Under the pieces are notes generated by a model. That model did not search any database, was not told where the DNA came from, and saw only the letters and a list, made by a program, of their open reading frames with translations. A stretch of 63,577 nucleotides of DNA, taken from positions 1 through 63,577 of IMG/VR virus record IMGVR_UViG_3300032232_000301; one strand, given 5' to 3'. Shown here in pieces: positions 30,101 through 38,936 of this stretch (the stretch's first letter is position 1; each line of letters starts with the position of its first letter). A program made the position numbers and the translations under genes. Origin of the DNA: a virus. Lineage: Duplodnaviria; Caudoviricetes.

Positions 30101-31604
30101 ACTAGTCGGTATGAATGTACGCATGAACCCCGGCATGTCCTATACGCAAGCAACGCTTAGCGCTCTAGGAAGCATGAAGCAGACAGCGGGGCAGATCATC
30201 TCCACAGGCTTTGGCATAGAGCGTGGCGAACGGCTGCGTGATAATCGCGTTCTGTTCCCAACACTTAGCCGTTATGACGGTCTGAGTAAGGTGGATGAGC
30301 AAGCATACAACCGCTTTGTTGCTGATGGTGTGATCGACATCACCGCTGCCTACGACCAATCAGGTTTGGCCGCAGCGCCAACTGAAAGCTACGGCGGCAT
30401 ACGCAACCGTAGCATGGAGGTATTAACCTCGCTGTTCCACAACGCTGAACGTTTTAACCGTGAGATCATGGCGATGTCTGCGTTCCGTACGGCCATGGAC
30501 AAACGCAAGGATTACAAGAACCGCGAAGACGCATTCAACGAATCTATTGCTGAAGCAAAGGATGTAACTAACCGCTCAATGTTTGATTACTCAGCTACAA
30601 ACAAGCCGCGTTATTTCCAGCACCCAATAGCCAGTGTGATCTTGCAGTTCAAGCAGTTCCCACAGCAGATGACATTCTTCCTTGCGCACAATGCGTACAA
30701 CATGTTTAAGGGTCTGACCCCAACAGAACGACGCGAAGCTCGCGCACGGTTTGTTGGAACCATGGGCATGGCGGGCATCTTCTCTGGGGTAACTGGCCTC
30801 TGGGGTTTCTCAACTGTGGCCAGTATCATGAACGCCGTGTTTAATGGGCTAGGCGATGACGACGAAGAACCGTTTGACTTTGAGCTTGAGTTCATGCGCT
30901 GGGCAACCGATACATTCGGCAAGAACCTTGGCACATTGCTGACACGGGGCGTAGGTAATGCCGCCGGTATTGACCTTGCCAGCCGCACCAAACTTGATGA
31001 GATGTGGTTCCGCGATAGCCGCAAGAACCAAGACGAAGTAGAGGCACTGCAATCGTTCTTGGTTGACCTCCTTGGCCCTACCGTTGGCCTGACAGTCAAT
31101 GTTGCGCAAGCTTCAAAGCTGCTTAGTGAAGGCCATGCAGATCGTGCGCTTGAAATGATTTCGCCTGCGTTTATTAAGAACCCATTGGTCGCTGCCCGCT
31201 ATGCTAACGAAGGCGTTAACACACTGCGTGGCGATCCATTGATGGAAGAGATGGGACCGTTCTACTTGCTTATGCAATCGATTGGCTTACGCTCATCGGA
31301 TCTGGCAGAGCGTCAGTGGTACAACATCCAGATAAAAGGACAAGAGCAAGAAGTACTTAAACAGCGTCAGAACTTGCTCAACCTGTACGGCATCTCGTTC
31401 ATGTCTAATGACTCAGATACTTTTGAAAAATCATTGGAAAAGATATTTGAGTTCAACGCAAATAACCCAAGTGTTGCAATCCCTGCCGAGTCTTTGAACA
31501 AATCAATCAAAGAGCGCTTTACAAAGTCCGCTCAAACACAGCACGGTTTGTTTATTGACAAGCGGATGCGTGGGCTGCTTGCAGGTGACAGCTACTTAGA
31601 CTGA
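24105..31604 (+). CDS. Large polyvalent ejection protein with zincin-like metallopeptidase domain
   Basis: 2499 aa; LLHEALHAAT followed by HEFVSEAMTNPEFQ; hydrophobic C-terminal region FDYS...KPR...QFKQFP typical of large polyvalent proteins. Confidence 0.75.
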   Translation: MAIVDPFRSQQAGGIIDPFKVREEREEPAESEVERALRKSTIGSELVRGGKQAFSSGRTGLESIFSPEEAAKAGVARSEAIAKEAGEGVSFDAVKKAYQDKGLLSAAGEVASQIPRALAGQGANLATMAGGARLGAMAGSPLGPMGAIGGGILGAGATLLPQFMGANVERQAAEQMGAGQDVSIDRTKAYTGAAAQAAVESAGTALVLGKRVVKGVLGIADDAALQTAKSQAELVKTAGRSLAAATGRGAVGGVVEIPVEISQQIIERYQAGLDLMSPEAFKEYGESAYQAILVGTPLGGAGGAFGRGSARRQLEAQQQPKESLERETPSWVKKDLEGETDVVPPITEPSGESTSVVSEPGAGVPTEGVGGTESSRVVSTGQDVDGAATGAPASPGALSNLAESYKNLRDELVPLLGGGIQTSDKTAQIKAGMRDLNRMVDEHAALINDKNLIKQLKNPMFDGTNILAALASQEQVSQPLAMQGNLFGKFLNGSRAAQLAVSYTGSPQAAIKFLQDRKQKLLDDLASGKLDAAWAQGIGARYGMTQGESVQNYQKVAELYTQSAVAEVDEALDQVSKQVDAPKAMQSNLFGEGQSKDEEVKPIASDAETTDMFGVDKTPDIGNRDENLTFENQAQFDAYQARLKRSAAAEKRNKAQAGVVSPTMTPQERLDVLTAREAELARSLQKSTEEYNSLNDLAARPVEERIQRPTPEARQKAYDIAKSYERNLASVRKDMEAAQVEAAAVKPAPAAPATKVAPEQVDMFGKSVETAAPVEEKPKKAEKSQKQERKEAKRVADEMLAEERERKAEETSLLEDAEEFAAEQKDESRLTDAEVAQQAAMDEQRREVKETIKAPKEDTEHVFETKEAKLIKRFLDFIKPATKPGSEEAQKHTSLKDVIYKMLAGFDIVKPGETTTAGMQGILGYLQDTAGGKANFEKLVDYLETAESAAQSDVLKESGFPDLTTRRGMETFSKDVKRFINSLGAEKLGGQGVKIPFAKLPYETEVTGTTKKAVTPPVTPKGELRRPSMKQEGKPYKISDTKLRGAWTTLKQMFESRSDVSPEMEAARNYITNPSRKSFGFVLADLAHDIANWDAFLEAKYGMRAADVKEMTPAERNKLPQTEAQAKMKTDFGRNATFYGEGGVYSENFQRWIEQNLDAKTVAALNNMVADERANLEEESKFDQAVTAYRAEIKRRQAASAEAKIKKAETTSGVKIPRAPKQKRTRSEVVFDMETQGDEAITETPVDLRNIPTKAKLHPSVVRALKGGDLKGALEILANTKAEGFYKHLAQRLLDAKLTAKVKVVPKDSIQSLSNDPKIKETLEAQIRALDEMVRASLPESQQDELITGLRSKNLYDVAAAVEELQTAFTNPSQQQIVADTVQLMNEEFSWFGKYDPATDTITLREGSLDNNVLLHEALHAATSHLIDNPDKLQGVRKEAYNQLLDLYNHSKGILSNSQLGIKHIYGLNNLHEFVSEAMTNPEFQAMLRAIRYKAAPYSLWNEFTTAIKKLFKVESDVDSDVLVEVMKATDAMVAGPMSIDSMSVKSTPKAMAKQMVKAVPIGAVNTPAAINKLMTSRSWNEVRSTFPIAFSSAAASARPAMLGALTLRQISDLVRNRIPQVQSFIRKAEDFLARKNGILQESGDIAKRWERIQARDPETSRTIARVMHGATILEIDPDKTPISKLKALNPELAADWIKLDPTAKQIYRDVRDFYDRRYSEYKQLMNKRIIMMRNLGVSEATILEIRNEFEKNKRKGPYFPLMRHGRFWYQIGEGKKREYYMFETQGQKEMHMAERVAKNPELEDSIKQGSEYASQMDLHAKQSLFLKNAFEAIDSATFAGKPIDIDLQKQELKDSIYQNFLANQPEHSFRSQFMHRNNVAGYSEDALRNFSSSSFHMAYQLARFEYAPELFSSVQAARAQIKDRFDAGAKADVKLSRENTELSDYVTEMDRRLKLMLNPTNVGTLPSLLSNIGFVWYLTAPASAIVNVLGGMIIGLPTLVGMNVRMNPGMSYTQATLSALGSMKQTAGQIISTGFGIERGERLRDNRVLFPTLSRYDGLSKVDEQAYNRFVADGVIDITAAYDQSGLAAAPTESYGGIRNRSMEVLTSLFHNAERFNREIMAMSAFRTAMDKRKDYKNREDAFNESIAEAKDVTNRSMFDYSATNKPRYFQHPIASVILQFKQFPQQMTFFLAHNAYNMFKGLTPTERREARARFVGTMGMAGIFSGVTGLWGFSTVASIMNAVFNGLGDDDEEPFDFELEFMRWATDTFGKNLGTLLTRGVGNAAGIDLASRTKLDEMWFRDSRKNQDEVEALQSFLVDLLGPTVGLTVNVAQASKLLSEGHADRALEMISPAFIKNPLVAARYANEGVNTLRGDPLMEEMGPFYLLMQSIGLRSSDLAERQWYNIQIKGQEQEVLKQRQNLLNLYGISFMSNDSDTFEKSLEKIFEFNANNPSVAIPAESLNKSIKERFTKSAQTQHGLFIDKRMRGLLAGDSYLD

Positions 31605-31636
31605 AAAAAACCCCGCCGGGTTTCCCTAGCGGGGTT
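31604..31636 (-). terminator. Intrinsic terminator at the convergence of the two arms
   Basis: AACCCCGC/GCGGGGTT stem with A7 on the + strand (U-tract on -). Confidence 0.7.
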
Positions 31637-31692
31637 AAAAGGAGAGTAGGAATCAAGTCAAGCAACATCCAACCAAGGGTGTTGGTGCAAGT

Positions 31693-31893
31693 TTAATGCT
31701 TTTTCCTCCAGACCCGCAAGCCTTTTACGTCACTTTCAACAACTATTTTTACAATGACCGCATATCCAAGGCGGCGCATCTTGTTCTCAACAAGTTGTTT
31801 TCCAGCAACAGTGCCCACACAGGGGATAAAAAACGAACTGCCAACACGGAACTCCTTCCAGTCAAGCTCGTATGTAACTCCGTCAATCTTCAT
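31693..31893 (-). CDS. Small conserved hypothetical protein
   Basis: WKEFRVGSSFFIPC...GLRVWR; overlaps the primase-helicase stop. Confidence 0.7.
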   Translation of the reverse strand: MKIDGVTYELDWKEFRVGSSFFIPCVGTVAGKQLVENKMRRLGYAVIVKIVVESDVKGLRVWRKKH

Positions 31894-34720
31894 TGCCCGC
31901 TACAGGGATAACCCCTAGTTTATCCGCATCAAACACTAGCACCTCCACAGGTGGGGCGTGCATGTCCGTGCCTGTATCAATACGTGCACGGGATGAACTC
32001 AGAAAAGATCCTTCTTTGTGCAAGTTATCAAGCAAGTCAGAGAACGTAATCTGGCGCTCAACACAGAAAGTTTTGAGAGCTGACCGCAAAATCTGGATGG
32101 TCTTGGTATCAGGTTCGTAACGCACAATGATCGCGCTCCGTGGCTGAACAATCGGAGTAGCGGCAATCCCAGACTTTGATGTACTGTACCGGTTGATGAT
32201 CAGGGTGTTGATGTTGTGCTTAAGTAAGAACTCACCAACAACTGCGGCGTAATCATCGATATCAACCTTGGAATCTTCCTGCATGTTGCTAATCTCGTTG
32301 ACCGACCAGTCAAAGACTCGCTTCGTATTGAGGTCCCAAAGCCCAAGGTTTCTTGCAATGACAGCGCCTGTTAAATTAGCGGCAGCCGTAGCGGACCAGA
32401 ATCGTTGGGGTGTATCAATCTTGGCGACTCTATCAAACACCACCTGTGTTTGCATACAGCTGTCTATAACTTCTTCTAAATTCTGCACGATGTACTGGCC
32501 GTAGATGCCGCCAGCCAAACCGTAGTTGTTTTGCAAACCACCGAAGATATGCTTAGCTTCGGACTTATCAAGGTTGCCGGTTGGTTCAATCTTATACTGC
32601 ATCAAACGCATCAGCTCGCCCTCAGAGGAAGACTTTAACGCCTGTAGTTTGTCAGTCATGCTGGAGTTAGATGTAGTAACCATGATGGTGGCCCAGAACC
32701 CTTGAGACTCACGCTCTTCGTCGGAAGATGCCTTCATACGACGACGTGGCGCACCTTGGGTTACGCTGTACGCTAGATCAGAGAAGTCGTCACCCGACAT
32801 CTTAGTCACCTCGTCAACACCCAGCGGCAGATTGTTCATCACAGCCATGCGGTGCAGTTTGACTGCCAACGTGTCTTTCCACTGGAGCATCAGGTGGTTG
32901 GGGTGACCCCACACGCTGTTCATCACTTGCAGGATAGTGGACTTACCTGTACCAGAGCGGTTGTTAAGCAGGTTAATTACACTACCGTTAACGCCCATGA
33001 ACTTAAGTAGGGGTGCGCCAAAGGCAGATGCCACAGCAAACGCATGTGGTTCAAAACCGGGCATGTCGTACACGTTGATGATGCGCTTCCATTCCTCCAA
33101 GTCACCCATTGGGTGCAGGTAAGGGGCTACCTTAGACGTAGCCCGCGATGGGGGGCTGTAGCGCACGTAGCTAGGACCGATCTCTCGTGAACCTAGAATA
33201 AATCTGGAGTTGTCTTCTGTCCAACCGAACTGTAGTCTCATTGTTTCCACCTCTTGTGATACTTGCATTTCTCGAGCGCAATCAATAACGTAGTTTAGGA
33301 TGTTGGCCATCTGGCCCGGCTTAGCCAACACACCATGGAAAGACACCTTCTTGCGAAACTCGTCTTTGCTAAGTAAGTCTTCCGTGGATATCGTAAATTC
33401 TTTTGAGCCATCACGGGGTAGTGACAAGCGCAACAGGATTGTTTCGCCCGCTCCGGGGTCAAACATACGCTTCATAACGAATAGGTCATACTCGTATACG
33501 CAAACAATCTTGTCCTCATCACCGTCTTCTGTATCAGCGTCGGCTTCACCTTTCTTTACGGCGCGGTAGATACCACCATTGCGGCCTCTAAAGTACAGCG
33601 AAGGAATAGACGGGATAACAAACTCTTCAGTGATACCATCAGCGCCAACCACTGCTATTGGTTCATCGGGTTCAGCTCTTGCAATCTCATGGCCCAGTGT
33701 GATGGGTGATTTGAACTTGCCCCAGTGCGGGCATGATGTACAAACGCCGGGCCGGAAGTCATTAAACGTTTCGCACGTATAGGGCCCCTTGATGTTCTGC
33801 GCTTTCTTCTCGGTAGCCGCAGAGCTGTAGCTTGGGTGTTGCTTAGAGATAATGTGGATGGCCTTGTCACCATCAACGCAGTGCTTGGCGATGGACAGCC
33901 CCGCCCGCCATAGTGGTTCCTCAACAGCGTCTTGGTTCTCAGCAATGTACTCGATCTGTGCACAACCTTCGCCACGCATCGTCAGATCAATGATTGTCCT
34001 AAACCGTGACTGCCGGTTGCCAAGCATCGCCTTAGTAAAGTCATCCAACTGCTTGGGCATGTGTACAGGCTTAGTGGGTACAAGCGGCCCCATCAGCGCG
34101 GCAAAGTCATCAAACTCAATAGGCTTGGCGGTGTGCATGAGCACGACGTCTAGCGCTGGGTCATCTTTAAAATTCTTGGTGTTGGGTATGCGCAACACCC
34201 GCACTGGGTCTGCTGGGACTGCAGTATCAATGATGATGTTGGCCTCAACGCAACGGGCCTTAAAAGTCTGCGCTACGGGCAACCACTTCTCTACCTCTAC
34301 GGGCTGGGTAAGGGGCCAATACACATGCCAACCACGCCCCGAGTCCACAACAGTTGGGCGGGGCAGTTTAAGAATCTTGCACAGATCCATGACCGCTTGC
34401 AGGCCAGTGGTCTGATCGATGTAGCCTTGGATGCGCCCGTGCTTATCCGGTGTGGCCTTAGAGGGGCCGCAGTCAATATCAAGGAAGAAGGCTTGCATCC
34501 ACCCGACGTTCTCTGCCTTGCGGTTGTCGTCGGTTTTAAATTTACCCAGCGCAAAGAACGCATTGCGCTCATGTTCAACATTTAATTCGGCTTGCGCCTG
34601 CACTTCTTCGAGTGTTCTATGGAAAGTTTGTTTAACTTTCTCTTGCTTATCAATACCTACGACACAGTACCAGCCTTCAACACTGGGCACTACGCTACGC
34701 AGTAGTTCAATATCCGCCAT
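31883..34720 (-). CDS. Primase-helicase (AEP/RepB-like primase, Zn module, DUF927 SF3-like helicase)
   Basis: FFLDIDCG and VDSGRGWHVYW primase motifs; CETF...CTSC; SGTGKST Walker A and GVDE. Confidence 0.8.
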   Translation of the reverse strand: MADIELLRSVVPSVEGWYCVVGIDKQEKVKQTFHRTLEEVQAQAELNVEHERNAFFALGKFKTDDNRKAENVGWMQAFFLDIDCGPSKATPDKHGRIQGYIDQTTGLQAVMDLCKILKLPRPTVVDSGRGWHVYWPLTQPVEVEKWLPVAQTFKARCVEANIIIDTAVPADPVRVLRIPNTKNFKDDPALDVVLMHTAKPIEFDDFAALMGPLVPTKPVHMPKQLDDFTKAMLGNRQSRFRTIIDLTMRGEGCAQIEYIAENQDAVEEPLWRAGLSIAKHCVDGDKAIHIISKQHPSYSSAATEKKAQNIKGPYTCETFNDFRPGVCTSCPHWGKFKSPITLGHEIARAEPDEPIAVVGADGITEEFVIPSIPSLYFRGRNGGIYRAVKKGEADADTEDGDEDKIVCVYEYDLFVMKRMFDPGAGETILLRLSLPRDGSKEFTISTEDLLSKDEFRKKVSFHGVLAKPGQMANILNYVIDCAREMQVSQEVETMRLQFGWTEDNSRFILGSREIGPSYVRYSPPSRATSKVAPYLHPMGDLEEWKRIINVYDMPGFEPHAFAVASAFGAPLLKFMGVNGSVINLLNNRSGTGKSTILQVMNSVWGHPNHLMLQWKDTLAVKLHRMAVMNNLPLGVDEVTKMSGDDFSDLAYSVTQGAPRRRMKASSDEERESQGFWATIMVTTSNSSMTDKLQALKSSSEGELMRLMQYKIEPTGNLDKSEAKHIFGGLQNNYGLAGGIYGQYIVQNLEEVIDSCMQTQVVFDRVAKIDTPQRFWSATAAANLTGAVIARNLGLWDLNTKRVFDWSVNEISNMQEDSKVDIDDYAAVVGEFLLKHNINTLIINRYSTSKSGIAATPIVQPRSAIIVRYEPDTKTIQILRSALKTFCVERQITFSDLLDNLHKEGSFLSSSRARIDTGTDMHAPPVEVLVFDADKLGVIPVAGNED

Positions 34721-34740
34721 TTTGAATCCATTCACACGTC

Positions 34741-34804
34741 AAAAGAGAGGGGGCGACGAGGGGTTGACGGAATCCCCGTTCGCTCCGTCGAGCTAGCCGC
34801 CCCC
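34741..34804 (-). ncRNA. Candidate pseudoknotted cis-regulatory RNA in the primase-helicase leader
   Basis: 9-bp outer stem encloses crossing 7-bp and 4-bp helices; G-U pairs work only on the - strand. Confidence 0.5.
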
Positions 34805-34810
34805 TAAACC

Positions 34811-35038
34811 TTACTTAGCGCGTCTTAAATACTCAGTAATCGCTTCGGAGAAAAGCTTGTTCGGCTCGTGTCTCCCAATGAACCAGTTGTAGACACATTG
34901 TTTAGATACGCCAAAGAAGTCCATCACATCGGTTACAGGTATTTCACGGGCGATACAGAACCGCCCTAACTTCACGCCAGTATTTCGGCCATCGGCATCC
35001 CGATTAGCGCGAACAATCTGCTGTGAATAGCCGATCAC
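34811..35038 (-). CDS. Small HTH (Cro/XRE-like) DNA-binding protein
   Basis: VTDVMDFFGVSKQCVYNWFIGRHEP. Confidence 0.7.
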   Translation of the reverse strand: MIGYSQQIVRANRDADGRNTGVKLGRFCIAREIPVTDVMDFFGVSKQCVYNWFIGRHEPNKLFSEAITEYLRRAK

Positions 35039-35916
35039 TTTTCATCTCCCCACTCGTCCATCATGTTGGCTAAGCCCGCTTTGGGTTTAGGAGCGGCTTC
35101 CTTTGGCTTCTCGGCACGTTTAACAGGAGGGGCCACCTCTACACTGGGCGCGGCCAACTTAGCGGCGGCGGAGCCAGCTGGTGCAACCATACGTGGCAGT
35201 TGTGGCTCTGCCTTCTTGGTGAAGTTCAAACGACCTGCGTTCACAGCGATGGGTGACTCGCCTTGCTCGACGGCTTCCTGATAAGCATCGCTGTCCAAGA
35301 ACTCAGCATTGCTAAACACCAGCTTAGGGAAGTCACTGTCGGTGTCAAATGTCAGGCGGGTAGCCAACATGTTCAGGTTGTAGCCTGACTGTGCAACGTA
35401 CTTAGCGTACTGCAAGAACGGCATGTGATCGACATCGCCCTGACCAAACAAAGATTTCTGTGGCAGGATGAGTTGATAAATGTCACCACCAACGTTGTTG
35501 CGGAGCACAACAGCAAGGCGCATAGAGTAACGGCATGCGGCACGGCCTGTACCGGCTGAACCCTTGATTGCTTGTGGGCACTCTTTGCAACGTGCAGACT
35601 GTGGGTCAGCTACATCAGCATCGGGGCGCTCGCCATCGCTAGACCAGCAGTCAGGCACGCTTGTCTCATCAGGGTTGTACTCACCTGCGTACCAAGTTTT
35701 CTGCACAGTGCGGCTACCGTTAACGACCACAACATCCATGTGGGGGTCAGTGTTCTTGGCGATCTCTTTGCCGCCATCAACCAGACGGAAGACACGCCCG
35801 CGCAGTGTGATGCGCTTGGTGCTACCACCGGAGGCAGAGAAGGCTTTAGTGAAATCATCCAGCTTGACGTTTTGCAAGTGGGCGGGGAGGTCTTTAAGAG
35901 TTGTGAGGTTGCTCAT
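35035..35916 (-). CDS. Probable ssDNA-binding protein
   Basis: PDCWSSDG...CKECPQ...ACR Zn motif, acidic/aromatic C-terminal tip (DEWGDEK), replication context. Confidence 0.5.
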   Translation of the reverse strand: MSNLTTLKDLPAHLQNVKLDDFTKAFSASGGSTKRITLRGRVFRLVDGGKEIAKNTDPHMDVVVVNGSRTVQKTWYAGEYNPDETSVPDCWSSDGERPDADVADPQSARCKECPQAIKGSAGTGRAACRYSMRLAVVLRNNVGGDIYQLILPQKSLFGQGDVDHMPFLQYAKYVAQSGYNLNMLATRLTFDTDSDFPKLVFSNAEFLDSDAYQEAVEQGESPIAVNAGRLNFTKKAEPQLPRMVAPAGSAAAKLAAPSVEVAPPVKRAEKPKEAAPKPKAGLANMMDEWGDEK

Positions 35917-35925
35917 GATGTTTCC

Positions 35926-36327
35926 TTAGATTGTTGACTTACGGCGTACTACCACTTGGTAGCTTCTATCTACATTCAGACCAGCTGGATACTCGTCAGG
36001 ATGTTCTTCGAGGAACTGTCGCATGTTGGTGTCATGTACACGTTTGTGCAATACACCAAATGCTTTATGTCTAGCGATCATCTCGTAGACAGCGTCCCAG
36101 TTTGAGGGGTTGTAACGGCTGGTTATCTTGCGCATAACCACTGCGTTAGCTGTTGAAATACTACTTGCATCCGCGCTGTTCATGATCTCAAGCATCTTAC
36201 TCTCGATCTCAGCCATACGCTCTTCAAACTTAGCGTCTTCTGCTTCGTAGTTGTGTTTTAAATGTTCGCGCTCAGTGCGAATTTCTAGGTATTTAGCGGA
36301 CAGATCGTCCATGGAGTTATCGGCCAT
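35926..36327 (-). CDS. Conserved replication-region protein
   Basis: N-terminal coiled coil and PAGLNVD motif; own promoter and RBS. Confidence 0.7.
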   Translation of the reverse strand: MADNSMDDLSAKYLEIRTEREHLKHNYEAEDAKFEERMAEIESKMLEIMNSADASSISTANAVVMRKITSRYNPSNWDAVYEMIARHKAFGVLHKRVHDTNMRQFLEEHPDEYPAGLNVDRSYQVVVRRKSTI

Positions 36328-36350
36328 ATTGTTCCTTGGTTGGTGTTTGT

Positions 36351-36378
36351 ATTATATGAGTTTACTAGACTTTGTCAA
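36351..36378 (-). promoter_or_regulatory. Sigma70-type promoter
   Basis: TTGACA-16 bp-TATAAT on the - strand. Confidence 0.75.
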
Positions 36379-37760
36379 GTCTCAGCCAACTCTTTTTTGT
36401 ACAAATCAATAACTTTTTCGTGGTTAGTGATGTTGTTCTGCAACATGTGGTAAAGCCTACGTTCAACTGGGCTCCCCTCAATGTGCACTACGGTCATTGG
36501 GTTGCGTTGACCGGGCCTGTCAATACGTGCGTTGGCTTGCAAGTATGTTTCAGTAGATGTAACTGGAGCGTACCAGATGATTGTGTCTGCCGCAGTTAGG
36601 GTAACTCCGTGTGCCGCCGCTTGTGGTTGGATGATAAGCACTTTTAAATCTGGGCCTTCTTGGAATCGTTTAAAAATTGCTGTACGGTTACGCACTTGCA
36701 CATCACCGTTAATTACCTCGCACTTGATACCGGCTTTTGTTAGGTAATCATTAAGCAGAGTAATTGTGTGGCGAAACGGTACGAACACCAACACTTTGTG
36801 GCTTGATTCATTGATGACTTCTTCAACAATGGCAAGGCGGTTACCGACATCAAAATCAACCACTGCGCCACTATCTGTGTACACGGAACCACAAGAGATT
36901 TGAAGCAGCTTGTTCATCTTAGCGGCAGCATTGATCGAACTGATCTCTTCGCCCGCCGCCTCCATGAGCATCTGATCTTTAAGCTCCTTGTAATACTTAC
37001 GCTGTTGTGCCGTAAGCGGGGCTTCACGATTGACAAACGTCACGTCAGGCAGATCAAGACACTGGGACTTCTCAAACCGAATGGCTGGCTGAAGCATGTC
37101 AAACACAATCTGCTGAGCGTTTGGGCGGGGTATCCAACGAAACGGCCCCAACGGTTGCATAACTGAGTCGCGGTAGTCACCAAAGAATCGGGGCGCACGT
37201 TGTGGTACGCACATCTTACCAAGCCCGTAAGCATCAACCGGAGACTGCGCGGCTGGTGTGCCAGTGAGCATCCACAACCAAGTGTCAGGATTGACCAGCT
37301 TACGCATAAGCTTCCAACGCTTTGTCTGTACGTTCTTGTAAGCATTTGCCTCGTCGATCACAATCAGATCAAACATCTTGCTATTAATCGCTGACTCAGC
37401 AATAGCAGGGATGCCGTCGTAGTTGATGATTACAAACTCAGCCTTGCTGTTTGCAATCTTGTTGCGCTTCTCAGCATTTCCGTAGGCAACATCCACTGTG
37501 CGGTGTACAGCAAACTTGAACAAATCATTCTGCCAAGCCGACTGCATGATAGACAAGGGGCACACAACCAAGACACGCTTGATCATGCCCGCTGTCATAA
37601 GGTAATCTGCCGCCCAGATAACGGACGCGGTCTTACCTGTACCTTGTTCGTTAAAACAGAATGCGCGAGAGTTATCAGTTAAAAAGTTAGCTGTCTCACG
37701 CTGGTGGTCAAATGGTGTAAAGCCCATGGGCCTCGGCCATTTGTATGTATCTTTGATCAT
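36375..37760 (-). CDS. SNF2-family (SF2) helicase
   Basis: EQGTGKT, VIDEA, LTGTP, QANARIDRPGQ. Confidence 0.9.
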   Translation of the reverse strand: MIKDTYKWPRPMGFTPFDHQRETANFLTDNSRAFCFNEQGTGKTASVIWAADYLMTAGMIKRVLVVCPLSIMQSAWQNDLFKFAVHRTVDVAYGNAEKRNKIANSKAEFVIINYDGIPAIAESAINSKMFDLIVIDEANAYKNVQTKRWKLMRKLVNPDTWLWMLTGTPAAQSPVDAYGLGKMCVPQRAPRFFGDYRDSVMQPLGPFRWIPRPNAQQIVFDMLQPAIRFEKSQCLDLPDVTFVNREAPLTAQQRKYYKELKDQMLMEAAGEEISSINAAAKMNKLLQISCGSVYTDSGAVVDFDVGNRLAIVEEVINESSHKVLVFVPFRHTITLLNDYLTKAGIKCEVINGDVQVRNRTAIFKRFQEGPDLKVLIIQPQAAAHGVTLTAADTIIWYAPVTSTETYLQANARIDRPGQRNPMTVVHIEGSPVERRLYHMLQNNITNHEKVIDLYKKELAET

Positions 37761-38032
37761 CTTTTCGGTTTGTTTGTTTTGACCGTGTGGTCTGAGTTTC
37801 TACTGAACGAACGATTAGCACTGGGTGACTTGAGTTTCAAATTACTTGGTGCATTAGTCCCGCCCTTGGATAAAGGTACGACATGGTCTATGTCTTTACC
37901 GGTACGGTCGACACCGTCGGCATCCATAGCCCGCCTAGCCTTCTGACGCTCCATTCGCTTGGGGTGTTCGCCACGCTCTTTCTGTTGTTCGTATTCTTTC
38001 TTGTACGGACGGGGTTTGTTTACATAGGGCAT
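37757..38032 (-). CDS. HNH endonuclease
   Basis: DIDHVVPLSKGGTNAPSNL...N. Confidence 0.8.
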   Translation of the reverse strand: MPYVNKPRPYKKEYEQQKERGEHPKRMERQKARRAMDADGVDRTGKDIDHVVPLSKGGTNAPSNLKLKSPSANRSFSRNSDHTVKTNKPKR

Positions 38033-38213
38033 TTGTTTCTCCAGTTAAAGGATCTAAAAACACATCATAATATTTTTTTGGCATTAGGGCTTTTTTGTCT
38101 AGTGTTTCTCTTAGCCATTCAGCTCCGCCTAGTTGTTTAAATATCAACCACTCTCTATCGGACAAACGTACGTATCGTGCCTTTAGGGGTTCGGGGGGCT
38201 TTGGTCTTGGCAT
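37935..38213 (-). CDS. Small DNA-binding-like protein
   Basis: MPRPKPPEPL...VRLSDREW...LGGAEWLR resembles ribbon-helix-helix proteins; 3' end overlaps the HNH gene. Confidence 0.5.
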   Translation of the reverse strand: MPRPKPPEPLKARYVRLSDREWLIFKQLGGAEWLRETLDKKALMPKKYYDVFLDPLTGETNALCKQTPSVQERIRTTERAWRTPQANGASEG

Positions 38214-38412
38214 TCTCCAATGTTCCTTCGTGTTTGTTTGGTTGTCTCTCTTTGGCTCGCGTGAATGTGCCGAATTGTTTGTAGCCTAAGCCTTCCTCAT
38301 TCTTGATCGTGCCGGTGCTTTGTTTGGCGCGAAAGTACGCGTCTTTTAAGAAAATGCTTGGGCGGTCAACTTGCGCTAACTCTTCCCACGGGCTCAGTGC
38401 TTTTGTTTTCAT
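38155..38412 (-). CDS. Hypothetical protein
   Basis: ATGA coupling to the upstream gene. Confidence 0.5.
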   Translation of the reverse strand: MKTKALSPWEELAQVDRPSIFLKDAYFRAKQSTGTIKNEEGLGYKQFGTFTRAKERQPNKHEGTLENAKTKAPRTPKGTIRTFVR

Positions 38413-38936
38413 GTAGTGGCTCCAATAAGTTTGCCAAGGGGCATCGGGGCGCGTTTTGCGTCTTGCATATTGCCGTTCAGTGCAGGGCGTAAGGTGTGGA
38501 TATACAAAGATTCAAGACTATCAAGAATTTTCTTGTCGCAGGGTATAAACGCAAAACTATCGAACACCTTGTCGTGATGACTGGCAATCCTTGCATACAC
38601 ATTGACTGACTGTCCAACGTAAACAACTTTACCGCTATCAATCAAGAAGTAAACGCCTGTTGCTAGCTCCCAAGTGTTTGCCGCGCTAACGATCTCTTCT
38701 TCGCGGAGTAATGTTTTACCGGTCAATGTCAGGGCAGTTTTATTGACATGTTCAAGTTTCCCCAAACTGTCAAGCTCGGCTTTTAATTTTTTGATCTCAC
38801 ACTTCAAACTGTCTCGTTGTTCAATATCCACAAGTCTTTGGGCTTCACGTTCGCGTATGTTTTTTTGGCGTGTGGCTACCGATTTGGCGGCAATAGCTTT
38901 GCGTTCTTCGGGCGTTCTACTTTGCATCCAATTCAT
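38409..38936 (-). CDS. GIY-YIG domain protein
   Basis: GVYFL...VYVGQS...RI...LESLYI...PALN. Confidence 0.75.
   Translation of the reverse strand: MNWMQSRTPEERKAIAAKSVATRQKNIREREAQRLVDIEQRDSLKCEIKKLKAELDSLGKLEHVNKTALTLTGKTLLREEEIVSAANTWELATGVYFLIDSGKVVYVGQSVNVYARIASHHDKVFDSFAFIPCDKKILDSLESLYIHTLRPALNGNMQDAKRAPMPLGKLIGATT

Noticed and set aside
24105-31604. N4-like virion RNA polymerase using the dyads as hairpin promoters
   Set aside because: No polymerase motifs recognised, the dyad loops are unconstrained, and the early genes have host sigma70 promoters
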